Below, piece after piece: positions 13,290 through 25,194 of a DNA stretch of 64,000 nucleotides. Numbering within the stretch: the first letter of the stretch is position 1; every line of letters starts with the position of its first letter. This stretch comes from Rhizodiscina lignyota (Eukaryota), in assembly GCA_010015805.1 (NCBI GenBank), contig ML978123.1, positions 2,046,001-2,110,000 of the forward strand, written 5' to 3'. The notes beneath the pieces were generated by a model. That model was not told where the DNA came from and ran no database searches. It saw only the letters and a list, made by a program, of their open reading frames with translations. Both the position numbers and the translations under genes were made by a program.

Positions 13290-14307
13290 CTTCTGGAAGG
13301 TTTTCACCAACGTGCGGCACTATGTATCGAACGTACATCAGGCGCATGCTCCGTCTTTTGTATTCCGGCTCAGCGCTCAGACGGACACAAGGCTTAAAAC
13401 ACAAGACGCATAGAACATGGCACAGTCCATATCAACAGATTGGTGATAGGTGGTGACGGCAATGAAACATTTTGCTTCCAAGATACTATGTACCTATTCA
13501 GGAGTACAATTCCATCAGGAATTTCTTTGCATTGCCGAACGGCCGCTACGGCCGCTTGTTTCTTTGACGATATCATCGACGAGCTGGAGAAGTCGATCCA
13601 GCTTTTGTCTGCGCGTGCTGGAGAAGGCCGTCAGCGGATGGAGGCATTTGAGACGTGTCGTTGTTACAGAAGTCCAAGAAAGGGAGGAGATCAGGCACGA
13701 CCACGACCTCGAAGCCAGGCTCCGAGGGTTGGCCACAGCGTTGAACACGTGGAACAGCAATCGCGTGAAGTTTCTACGATTAATAAAGCGTATAAGTTTT
13801 TTGACGGTTCGCTGTTATTTGGTATACTGTACCCGAAGAGCATTGAGCTTCCATCGATTATTTCGACGGGGGATATGTAACAGCTGCTCGCCCTTGGGCG
13901 TCGCAGCACAGCTTTCTAAGGATTACATGCGGTCCATTGCTATTTCGAGGTCCGGTAGAGTGGGAAAACAACAAGTCCGAGATTATGGTTCAGCTTTGGG
14001 CAGTTTGCGAGTGAGGCGCGCTTGCTTGGTGGAGGGGAAGCTCCGGAGAGGCTTGCACAGCGACACTGCCCTGGGGACGTCATCAGTGCATTGCAGCTTT
14101 CTCCCCTCCTACCCAGTGCCTGACTGACGCGCAATACAACAACGCAGCGTGCGCAAACACCAATACTTCTCGCTGTCTTGCCTCTGCCGAGAGTACGAAC
14201 AGGCAGCTACTTCGTATACATTTCCCACCTCTTCCGCCAACTCCCACGACTTCTATTCCGCAAGTCGCAAAGATTACGCATAATTTTGGGCACCACCAGC
14301 CACCACC

Positions 14308-16412
14308 ATGAATGTCATAAAGCTCCAAAGGTTGGTATAGCCAGCGCAACCAGCTTGTATGGGCATTGCTAATTGGAGTGAATGTACAGAAAATTTCCCC
14401 AGTTCCAGCAGGACGAAATCTTCGGATTGCAGGATGCCTTCCGTCGCCTCGATGTCGACGACAAGGGCTACATTGACGAGGCCACAGTCATCAAGGCCAC
14501 CCAGAACTCGGAGCGCCAACCATACGATGTCGTGCGACAGGCTCTGAAGGAGGTAGAATTGGATAGCTCAAGGAGGGTAGAATTGGAAGACTATGTGGAT
14601 GTATGTTGCGGCATATTGCTCTGCCGTTATTGTGTACTGACAGTTCTTTTCGCAGCTTATATCGAAGGTTCGACACTCCTCACCAGCCCAGAAGCGAATG
14701 TCCACAGGTGGATCGCAACCCTCCGGCTTTCCCGCATCGCCGAGTCACGGGTCGAAGCCGAGCCATGGTGGAGGCAGAATCCAAGTTCAGGGCTCTTCGG
14801 CCAATGTGACACACACAATCAACGAAGACGAGCGCACGGAGTTTACAAGGCATATCAATGCGGTTCTTGCGGGGGATCCAGACATCGGCAACCTGCTGCC
14901 ATTCCCAACCGACACCTTTGAAATGTTCGACAAGTGCAAAGACGGGTTGGTTCTGGCAAAGTTGATCAACGACAGCGTACCCGATACAATCGACGAGCGT
15001 GTCCTGAACAGACCGGGAAAGAAGATCAAAGCGCTCAATGCATTCCACATGGCCGAGAACAACAATATCGTCATCGAGTCTGCGAAGGGTATTGGCTGCT
15101 CGGTTGTCAACATTGGAAGCCAAGATATCATCGAGGTCCGTGAACATCTTATTCTGGGGCTCATCTGGCAAATCATCAGAAGAGGATTGCTCGGAAAGAT
15201 CGATATCAGGCTCCACCCCGAACTGTACAGGTTGCTAGAGGACGACGAGACGCTGGAGCAATTCCTTAGACTCCCGCCCGAACAGATCCTGCTCCGATGG
15301 TTCAACTATCACCTGAAGAATGCCGGTTGGCAAAGGCGGTATGGCTTTTCTGCGACCTCTTGAATTTTGCTGAGATGCTGACAATATGCTGTAGCGTACA
15401 AAACTTCTCACACGATGTGAAGGACGGCGAAAATTATACAGTCCTGCTTAACCAGCTAAAGCCGGATATCTGCTCGCGTGCACCGCTTCAGACGCGCGAT
15501 CTTCTGCAGCGCGCAGAGCAAGTCCTCGACAATGCCGACAAACTCGAATGCCGTAAATTCCTCACGCCTACCTCCCTTGTCGCAGGAAATCCTAAGCTCA
15601 ATCTCGCTTTCGTCGCCAACCTGTTCAACACTCATCCTGGCTTGGATCCTATCACCGAAGAAGAGAAGGCAGATATCGAAGACTTCGACGCGGAGGGCGA
15701 GCGCGAAGCCCGCGTCTTCACTCTGTGGCTCAATTCTCTCGACGTCCAGCCAACCGTCGTGTCATTCTTCGAGGATCTCAAGAACGGCACCATCCTGCTT
15801 CAAGCTTACGACAAGGTCATTCCAGGCAGCGTAAACTGGCGACACGTAAACAAGCCGCCAGCGTCTGGAGCAGAACTCTCGCGCTTCAAGGCCGTCGAGA
15901 ACACCAATTATGCAGTAGAGCTTGGCAAACAGAATAGCTTCTCATTGGTTGGCATACAAGGTGCAGATATCACGGACGGCCAACGTACCCTCACCCTCGG
16001 CATGGTGTGGCAGCTCATGCGCAGGGACATTGTCTCAACACTCTCGGCGCTCGCACGCGGCTATGGCAAGCGTGAACTTTCCGATGCCGATATGGTGAAG
16101 TGGGCGAACGAGATGAGTCGTAAAGGTGGCAAGTCTTCAACAATTCGGTCGTTCAGCGACCACTCTCTAGGCAGCGGCGTCTTCCTTCTGGATGTCTTGA
16201 ACGGCATGAAGAGCTCGTATGTGGACTACGAGATGGTGGCACAAGGTCGATCGGAGGAAGAGGCGTACATGAATGCCAAGCTTGCAATCAGTATTGCTCG
16301 CAAGATGGGTGCTACGATTTGGTTGGTGCCTGAGGATATCTGCGCAGTACGGAGCAGGTTGATTCTCTCCTTCATCGGCAGCTTGATGAACACGAGCCAG
16401 AAGATGCATTGA
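14308..16412 (+). CDS. SAC6: Fimbrin (actin-bundling protein); introns ~14331-14389, ~14601-14655, ~15339-15394
   Basis: EF-hand-like N-terminus FRRLDVDDKGYIDE. CH-domain motifs DGLVLAKLINDSVPDTIDERVLN, LILGLIWQII, NPKLNLAFVANLFN, EREARVFTLWLNSL. Confidence 0.96.
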
Positions 16413-16784
16413 GGGAGGCGATAAGGGCCCTTTTCTTCTCTTTTGTTGCAGACAAATGATATGGCTTTATGCTTTTGCCATGAGACTTGGGGTGTAGGCC
16501 TAGGACAATGACAGCATCTCTTACTTAGGACGAAGAGTTGCTCTGGTACTTGTGAATTACAGTTTCAATTAAAAAAAGTTTTGGATATGTGCAATCATAC
16601 ATTTCAGAGCATATTTGAACTTTCAGATTATACGTATTTTCACTAGCAGTTGCCCCACAGCCTTGATATTATATATATTCTTTGCCACCCATAGTAGCTC
16701 TCAATCGCCTTATATAATCCATCAACAACGGGATCGATTGGATTGCAAAATACAATCAGCCATCAATCGTCAACTGTAATCGGC

Positions 16785-17070
16785 TTAGCAAGCTGATCTA
16801 TACAAAATTTAGCCGTGCACGCGTTACATGTGGAAGATAGATTGCTCTCAGCGTGATTTGATGGTTCCCAAAAAAAAAAAAAATAAACAATGAGAGTAGA
16901 AGGGTTCGAACTTAGGGCCTCCAGAAGCAAAAAAAAGGGACTCTCTCTGCCAATGGTTAACGTGTACTGTTCTTTTCGGTTTAAACTCACAAGATTTTTT
17001 TTTTTGGGTAACGTGGTCCAAACTCGACCACATCAGTAAATCCCTCCCTATGCCCGAAGGCATTAGCAAG
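16785..17070. mobile_element. Putative small non-autonomous element or remnant (Helitron-like ends, tRNA-like core, poly-A/poly-T inverted arms)
   Basis: A|TC start at 16797. Terminal hairpin ATGCC-CGAA-GGCAT at 17050-17063 followed by CAAG|T. TTAGCAAG direct repeat at 16785-16792 and 17063-17070. Internal GGTTCGAAC. CCC-A14 and T11-GGG arms. No copy-number information is available. Confidence 0.35.
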
Positions 17071-17286
17071 TAAATGGTATAATGTATATATACTTAAAAA
17101 TTTTAAAATAATTAAGGCCGCGCTAAGGCCCAAGGGAATTTCTCTGACACAACGCACCACTCTTTCTCATCACACTCGGCCTAACACCCTCAAAACCTCT
17201 TTCTTCTCGCTGCTTCACATAACACCTCTTCACTTCTTCATCCTTTTCGCATCTTCTCTTGCAGTCTCGAATACTCATGAGCAGCC

Positions 17287-17855
17287 ATGACAACCCCGGA
17301 CGAGATGAAATTTGCCTCTGCGGCCCACAAAGTCCACTTTAAGAGAATGGTACATCGATGTGCCAAAAAGTAAGCAAACCGTTAAGATAAGATAATTCTT
17401 CGAGTCACTAATTATCTATCTCAAGTGGCAAGTGGATGATACTCGCTCTCCCTCCGCGAAACAAACACGGCGACTTCCTCTTCGCGGAGTACGTTTGGAG
17501 TCGGGAAGAAACTGAATCCTGGATGAAGGATCGCGTCGTTCCAGTGCTATTCGAGGACTTCGAGCTCTCCGCCAATATATTGACGACGGTTTTCATCAAA
17601 CCAGCAATCGCCTTCGCTCAGCCTACCCAGATACGCATCACGAGGGAGATGTTCATGCGGATCGAAGAGGTCTATTCTGAAAGCATGTTGATGCTATACG
17701 CTGGACCAGGTCGTGTCTTCATATGTCAGAAGAAGGGCCTCGTGTTCACGGAGGAGCAGAAGCAGGGTTATCGGGATGGCTCAATTAGCCACGAGGTGGC
17801 ACCCACGTTTGGGGAGTGTATGTCGTCGGGTACCGGGGTGCAGATGATCGGGTGA
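17287..17855 (+). CDS. Hypothetical ~170-aa orphan protein; intron 17370-17425
   Basis: ATG in GCCATG context after a pyrimidine-rich leader. GTAAGC..CTAAT..AAG intron splices exon 1 exactly into the frame of ORF 17436-17855. No recognisable motif. Confidence 0.5.
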
Positions 17856-18404
17856 AACGGACGATCAGCTAGTCAATGCAGATACGGTGATGAAGACATG
17901 TCCTAAGCTGCCGGCTGGGAGTTTTTGAGATGCCCTGAATGAGACTATGGAGGCAGGTGGGTCGGCACTGGGAAGAGCCTCTTGATGGCTAATTCAATCA
18001 CGGCAAATGGATAACAAGTTTGACCCTAAGAAGGGATCTTAGGAAAATAGCGGGCGAATTCAAAATCATCGTCCCAATTCACACAGGAGTTTGTATACGC
18101 TAAACGTATATTCTTTGAAAGTGCGAGTGCGAGTGCCAGAAAACCAGAGGAAACATATGAGGCAAGCTCAAGTATTGAGTATCGATTGCAATATTTAATC
18201 ATTAAGACTAGCATGCTGGTGAGAGTGAATCACTTGAGGGAGTTGAGGCTTTACCCCGTGGCTTAACATGGCATGGAGTCAGGTTTTCGGAAATTCGAAA
18301 CCCCGCTCCGTGACCCACGAAGTGCCGAGCGCCCCAAATTGAGCCTTCAACCTCACTTCAAGCACAACGGCCATCGTTCACGACACCAGACACTATCAGT
18401 CAAC

Positions 18405-19256
18405 ATGTAAGAACCCCATCACCATATCACAGCCCTCGAATGCACTCTATACCCTCATTGAGCGGTGCAAGCGAGGCCATAACGGCCTCCCTTGGCCGTT
18501 ATCTGTTCTCGAACCCCTCACCGAGTTACCGCGTCATCCACCTTTAGAGAACCCATACTGACCGCGACGTGCTCATAACAGGGTCAATCTTCGCACCCAG
18601 AAGCGCCTCGCGGCGTCCGTCGTCGGATGCGGCAAGCGCAAGATCTGGCTCGACCCGAACGAGGTCAACGAAATCAGCAACGCCAACTCCCGTCAGACCA
18701 TCCGCAAGCTCGTCTCCGATGGCCTCATCATCCGCAAGCCCGTGACCATGCACTCGCGCTCGCGTGCCCGGGCCTTGACCGAGGCGAGGAGGATTGGTAG
18801 ACACAGAGGTTTCGGCAAGAGAAAGGGTACCAAGGATGCTAGGATGCCTACGTACGACACCCATTGAAACCCTTACAATTGTCACTGCCGAGTTTCTCTT
18901 GGTGTCCTGGAATATTACATGTTGTCTAACGTTCACATTACAGCCAAGTCGTCTGGATGCGCCGCCAGCGCGTTCTCCGTCGTCTCCTCGTCAAGTACCG
19001 TGCCAGCGGCAAGATCGACAAGCACCTCTACCACGAGCTCTACCACCTCAGCAAGGGTAACACCTTCAAGCACAAGCGCGCTCTCGTCGAGCACATCCAC
19101 AAGGCCAAGGCCGAGAAGCAGCGTGAGAGAGTCCTGAAGGAGGAGATGGACGCCAAGCGTGCGAAGACCAAGGCTGCCCGCGAGAGGCGACAGGAGCGTA
19201 TCACGCAGAAGAGGATGGCTCTGACAGAGGAAGACGAGGCGGAGGCGAAGCCTTAG
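18405..19256 (+). CDS. RPL19: 60S ribosomal protein L19 (eL19); start codon split AT|G by intron 18407-18581, second intron 18852-18943
   Basis: Spliced [44 protein letters not shown]...[32 protein letters not shown]...[11 protein letters not shown]. Strong codon bias. Confidence 0.97.
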
Positions 19257-19636
19257 GCGGTGAGAAAACATCGAGCTCGATGATGCATGGCTTTTCTTTA
19301 ATTCGGACGTGGTGCATGTTTCTCTGGGTTTTGCTCGAGGAGCCTAAGTGCTGGAATCTTAGAGTCCTCACATTAAATGGTTCCGTAGACAGCGTATTCT
19401 CCAGCTTCATGAATGGAGTCATATTTTGGTGAATCGCATTCAATTTGAAATATGTATGCTTGATTGTGCCGTCTGAAGTCCCCACCCATCCGTGCCCAGC
19501 CAATCCTACCCGCTATGGTATAAAGCAAGAAGCAGAGACCACTCTCCGAATAGCCCAAAAGTGAAATTAGACGTGTCAAAACATGAAGTCAAAGTCACTA
19601 GATCCTGCAACCCCGAAGTCATAATAACGAGCAGCA

Positions 19637-21140
19637 TTACGCATCGAGTGCTCTCTCTTCTGTCTTTGCTCTCTTCCCATCAGCCTCCGCTCCAGTCTCT
19701 GTATCGTCGAGTTTGCGCTTGCCCTTTCCGTTCGCTTCAGTAGGTGCTTGCTCTGCAGCGGGCTTCTTCCTGTGTCTGACGAGTCCAGTCAAGTCGTTCG
19801 CAGTCTTGGTGGCCTCTTCGATCCGAGCCTTCTGATCCACGGGAGACTCGCCTAGAAGCTGTCCAAGAATTCCAGCTAGCGGGTTAGATGGATCGGGTGC
19901 ACCGGCAGGGCCTCCCATTGCGCCTGTAACTGTCACGGCTGGGTTGCGGAGGTCGACAAGCTGTCCTGGTATTAGCATAATACTGTGCAGTTAAAATGTT
20001 ATCGGTAGATCATACCCTTTGCTCCATGTCTTCTATCATCTCCTTCACATCCTTGATCTTCTTCTCCTTATCCGTGCGCTTTTCGCTCTTCAAATCCGTC
20101 AGCTCCTTCTCCTCCTTTGCAACCCGCAGCCGGCAGCTCTCAATTGCAGCCTCCATTTCCACTACAGCTTCCTTGCGCATCTCTTCGTCGACCTGAGGTT
20201 CCTGTGACTTCTGCTGTGCAGCAGCAGCACCTCCCTCACTACTCTCCTGTGCCTGTGCCTCTCTTATTGCGTTGACAGATGAGAACTCCAGGGCAAGAGA
20301 TAGCTTGTAGTGTGCCTCCGCAATCAGCTCAGACTCTTTCGGATATAGCTCTTGTTTTATCGCCAATGACTCTCGCGAGTCAGGAATGGCATCGTGGAAG
20401 CGTTCGTTCTCCAGCGAAATCTCAGCTTGTAGATCGTGCGTGTCCGCGAGAAGCTCCTTGACTTTCCGCACTTCGGGTGACATGTCTGTGATCAGTGCCT
20501 TGCCCTTTCCTTTTGCCGCCGCGCCATTTGTAGAGTCAGGTGCATCGATTGCCTCCAACTGCTTCGCGAAAAGAATGCGAGCAATGTCGAGAATCTCGTA
20601 CGCGTTTGCAAAGTCGTCTTCCTCGTCTTCGGCTTCCCCGTCCTCATCCTCATCCTCCTCGTCGGATTCCCAATTCTCCATCCCAGTGAGGTTGAAGTAC
20701 GGCTGATTCTCTGCTGCGGGCTCGGCTGGAGCCTTTGCGCCATCCTTCTCCTCAACCGCTGCCTCTACAACCTCTTCAGCCACTTTCTCCTCCTTTGTCG
20801 GCAGCGCTGAACTGCTACCCTCGCCATTGTTCGCTGCGCCCTTCTGCTTTTTCTCCTTCTTCTTCTCCCCTGCGACTTTGCCGCCTAGGACGTCGCTCTT
20901 GGCCACCGCTAGCTTGTACAAGCAGCGGCCGTAACGGTAGAAGAGATCTGCATTTTGTGGGTTCATTTCGCCATTGAGCTCGTCTTGCATTTCCACAGCG
21001 CTAGAGTAGGAGTCGGCGGCGGCAGCGTAGTTTTTGAGGCCATATTGGAGGTTTGCGGCAGTGATGAGCTCGGTGAGCTTCTCGGGTGTGGGCGCTGGCA
21101 CAAGGTCTGGAACCTCCTCCACTTGCGCCGGATCAGCCAT
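19637..21140 (-). CDS. NASP-related histone chaperone (Sim3/Hif1 family, SHNi-TPR); intron 19961-20015
   Basis: TPR-like ADLFYRYGRCLY, acidic patch DEEDEDEDGEAEDEEDDFANAYEILDIAR, LADTHDLQAEISLENERF...IAEAHYKLSLALEF, and C-terminal ANDLTGLVRHRKK NLS-like region. Confidence 0.88.
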
Positions 21141-21293
21141 GTTGGAGTATGTGAGCGATCGAGTTGGTTGGTAAGAAAGCGCGTTATTGTAGAGGCCTGG
21201 CGCAAAGGATGCTGTGGAGTGGTGAAGGCGCAATGATCGATGAAAGAGAGAAGTGCAAGGGTTCGGCTGTTCAAGCGCGCGAGATGTCATCAG

Positions 21294-21336
21294 GCGCGTC
21301 GCGTCGCGTCTTCCAGCTCCCACTTAAACTACGCGT
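21294..21336. promoter_or_regulatory. MCB-like cell-cycle boxes in the bidirectional Sim3/DPB2 promoter
   Basis: ACGCGT at 21331-21336 and tandem GCGCGTCGCGTCGCGTC at 21294-21310, between two replication-related genes. Confidence 0.6.
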
Positions 21337-21399
21337 ATCTTCACATTTTCCAACTCCACAATCTGCGAAAACAATGCTTCTAGCTGCGATTGTGAAACC

Positions 21400-23830
21400 A
21401 TGGCAAATATCAGAAATCATTTCTCAAATCAAAATCCGATTCCTTCTTCATCCCCCGCATTCGCAACTCCCGTACACCCTATTCGCTCCCGAGACATAGC
21501 GCCAGTACCAGCACCGCAACTGAAGCCCACGATATTGCCTATACTACTTCCTCCCGCTGTTCTTAGACCTCATGCATTCAGAACCCTCACGAACAAGTAC
21601 AATCTCAATTTCAGGCCCTCCGCACTTGGTGCTCTTGCTACATTTATCGGTCGCCATTGTGGCTCTGGATGGCGAGAGGCAGGGCTTGCGGAAGGCGTCT
21701 TTGAAGAGGTAGCGCGTAGCTGGAAGAGACTGTATGGAGAGGCGATCATAGATGGAGACGGTGAGAACCTCAAGAACATCCTCAAGAGCCTGGAGACATG
21801 CATGGTTGGAGGGAAGATTGTTCAAGGCAAATCTTCATTGAGCCGCCAGAGTAGCTTTGCATTGAACGGAGTCGATTCACAGGGTTCTCAAGTGGACGCA
21901 CCACAGAGGCCAGCTCTGCAAAGTGAGACGAGCTTTGGCATTTCTGCTCTCAATGTAAACGACGAAGAGGACGAAGATGCGCTGAGAGATCCCCGCGATT
22001 GGATCAAGCTTGTGGACGCGTATTCGCAACCGAGATTGGTGTATAACGCAACAAAGAAGCATTTCGAAAGGTACGTACAGATACAGGACGATCTAGCCCA
22101 CTGGAATTATTGCATGGTTAACAGCTAGTAGAAGCACATCCAAGCCATCCTTATTTCCACCTCCTTCTGCAAAGACGGAGCTCTTCCGGCAGAGGTACTA
22201 CCTTGTGCACCAGCGCATTCTGCGCAACGATTCATTCCAACCACCTTCATTCTCTGGAGCTTCCAATGGACCATCGTCATACAATAACAAGATCACCTCA
22301 ATTGCAAACCTTCTTGGTCGACGTGGATCATCGCATCTACTTCTTGGCCTCCTGACAGTTCTACCAACGGGCCAGTTAGCTCTCACTGATCTCACTGGTG
22401 CAATCGTACTCGATCTGCAGCATGCTCGGCCTATACCGGCAGACTCAGCCTATTTCACACCTGGAATGATCATTCTCGTTGACGGTGTCTATGAAGAAGA
22501 ATACAGCGACACTGGTGCAGCTTCCTTGAGCAACGATGGAGGCATTGGTGGGACCATTGGAGGTAAATTCATCGCAAGTGTAGTCGGCCATCCGCCGTGC
22601 GAAAGACGGGCAGCTACACTGGGCATCGCTGAAACGAATCCGGTTAAGAACGAATCTGGAGGGAACACATCCACAGGCCCAGCCTTTGGATGGACAGATT
22701 TCCTCGGTCTCGGCTCTGAGCGAGCAATAGGGCAACGGATGAGGAGACTCGAATCACGCTTATTGGGATCAACAGGATCCCATGCCGGCAATGGCAAGGT
22801 GGTAATAGCGGCAGAGGTAAACCTTGACACACCTGCAACGCTTTCCGCTTTGAGAACGATGCTGGACTCTTACTCAAGGCAACCTGTGTCAGAATTCCCC
22901 ATGTCCATCGTACTCATGGGGAACTTCGTTACACACGCAGCTCTTTCTGGAGCTCCAGGTAGTGACTCGATTGAGTATAAAGAAGCGTTCAATAGCCTCG
23001 CTGCAGTACTGTCAGACTTTCCGGAGCTGATAGCGCGGACCACGCTTGTTCTTGTGCCTGGGGATAATGATCCATGGCCTTCCGCCTTCTCAGCCGGCGC
23101 AGCGTCACCAATCCCGAGAAAGGGAATACCACAGCACTTCACTAACAGACTTACAAACGTGATGAGAGAGGCAAATGACCACGTTGGAGGAAGAGGGAAG
23201 AGAAAAGAAGGTTGTGTGGAGTGGTCGAGTAACCCTGGAAGACTTTGCTGGTTTGGCGGGACTGGAGAGATGATGCTTTGGCGTGATGATACGATAGGCA
23301 GGATGCGAAGAATGGCCGTCAAATTCAAAACAGAAAAGGAGCGCCCAGAAAACGAGGATGAAATGATGGAAGGAGACGCAGATGTCCAAGCTACACCGTC
23401 GCAAGCTGTCCACGACGGGGATGAGCCTCCAGCCGAAGAAGGGACTCAACCTATGGACGTGGACGGCGGCGTGAAAGACCTAAATGTTGACTCTGATTTG
23501 GCAACCGCACGACGTCTGACGAAGACATTGCTGGACCAAGCGCATCTTTCACCGTTTCCGCTATCTGCAAGACCTGTCCACTGGGCTTATGCCAACGTCT
23601 TGCATCTCTATCCGCTGCCTACCGCGCTGGTGCTCGCAGATGCAGAAGCCCCCGCTTTCACCCTCAATTATACGGGCTGCTGTGTCATGAATCCGGGTCG
23701 TATTGTGGAAGGCAGAAGAGGTGAGAAGGCGAGATGGGTTGAATATGATGTGATGAAGAGAAAGGCAGTTGTGAAAATTCAGGAACCAGAGTCCAGGAAA
23801 AAGGCGTTTAGCAGAGTAGAGGAGACATGA
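21400..23830 (+). CDS. DPB2: DNA polymerase epsilon subunit B; intron ~22071-22130
   Basis: IPSSSPAFATP..ILPILLPPAVLRPHAFRTLTNKYNL, LFRQRYYLVHQRILRNDSF, KITSIANLLGRRGSSHLLLGLL, LVPGDNDPW, KTLLDQAHLSPFP..RPVHW..LYPLPTALVLAD. Confidence 0.93.
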
Positions 23831-24327
23831 TGTGATGAAGATCCATGGTATTAGATATTTACGATAGTAAGGCTTGCACAGCGGAGACATAACATTTTGA
23901 ATCTACATGACAATATGACGACTGCAAGTTAGCTCGAAATCAGGCCACGAGAATACGATATCTCCAATCTCTTTCCGTCTTGTGCATCAAGGTTTGATCC
24001 GTCGATGCGGAGGCGTCAACGGGATGAGCGGCACAAAAAGAGAGGCAATAGTGTGCTTTGTCAACGTTTAGCAACATCCAGACATCTTTTCCTTCATACG
24101 GGTGATTAATTGAAAGATCAACTGACATTTAATTAACTGGTACCGAATTGATACAAGCTCGATCCCCAACACCTGTCAAGGTTCCAGGCCCTCAACGTAT
24201 ACGAAGAGGGCAAAATGACAGGATCGTCCGCGCATGTAGAGCTATCTGCAGAATCTGTTTCGTCTATGCAAGCCTATTAGCATGAGCAAGAAGCTGTACA
24301 GACCATCTCTCCAAGCTCTTCTGAGTC

Positions 24328-24851
24328 TCAACAGTCAAGGTTCAAGGAGGCACAGCATCGTGAAAAGGCGAAAGAGGCATTCCCAAAGTCCACGTTGTAT
24401 GCAGGCAGAAAATCTTTTCCATCATGCGCTTCAGGCATGCGTCTTTTATTATCAAATGATAGAGCGGTATTACGAGACGAATCGTCATCATCCACCACGA
24501 GACGAACACGCCTGATGCGCCATGCCCTTTCGAGGTTAGTCAGGAACCGTTCTTTGCCGATGCGAAGCGAATTGAAAATCTGGGGAACGCCGGAAAATGA
24601 AATGTTGAGGAACCCACTCACGTCTCTTTTAAAGGCAGCTTGCACCGTCTGTTCCTTTGATACATCTGTACTGCTTACTACAGCACGCTTGAGCCTCAAT
24701 TTCTTGCTTCCAATAAACCAAATCTGCACCGCCACAACCCCTGAACCAAACTTGGAATGCCATCGTGTGGTACGTCATTCTCAGCTGGAGGCTTGAGCAC
24801 CGATAAGAGTCTTACCTCGTTCACAGTATCCCTGCTCTCAGCGTGTCTCAT
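24328..24851 (-). CDS. Possible small hypothetical protein (~152 aa); intron 24751-24815
   Basis: 36-nt exon MRHAESRDTVNE with GTAAGA donor splices in frame at CCAAG into ORF 24328-24735. Branch point is weak and there is no recognisable motif. Confidence 0.25.
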
Positions 24852-25194
24852 CCCTTGAACAGTTGAACCGGAACGTTTAAGACGCCATAAATATCCATAA
24901 GGCCTTTTAACGCTCAATTGTAGAAGTGTAAAGCGTCAGGAATCGTTTTCCTAGAGAAAGAAACTCGACCGCCTTCACTGGAGACAAGAAGTATGTGTCA
25001 AAGGAATTGCATCCGTTGGTTTCAAAAAATGCCTCATAATTGACCATCGTCTGACGTTCTACACTTTAGACTCCTCTTCCCTCGATACAATCCTCGAATC
25101 GTAAAAGAAACACTCGCTACACCTAGACAAAGAGCCTCCCGTATTTCCATCGATTTCCATCCCTCACGATCAAGTTGAGTCCCAGACAGCCACC

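Noticed and set aside
16890..16966. Intact tRNA gene
   Set aside because: B-box present, but no convincing cloverleaf and an internal T8 run; kept only as part of the putative element
21141..21323. N-terminal extension of the Sim3/NASP protein
   Set aside because: The upstream ATG lies next to the MCB motifs of the shared promoter and is probably upstream of the TSS
22120..22130. TAGTAG tandem acceptor in the DPB2 intron
   Set aside because: Would change about one residue; common and probably splicing noise
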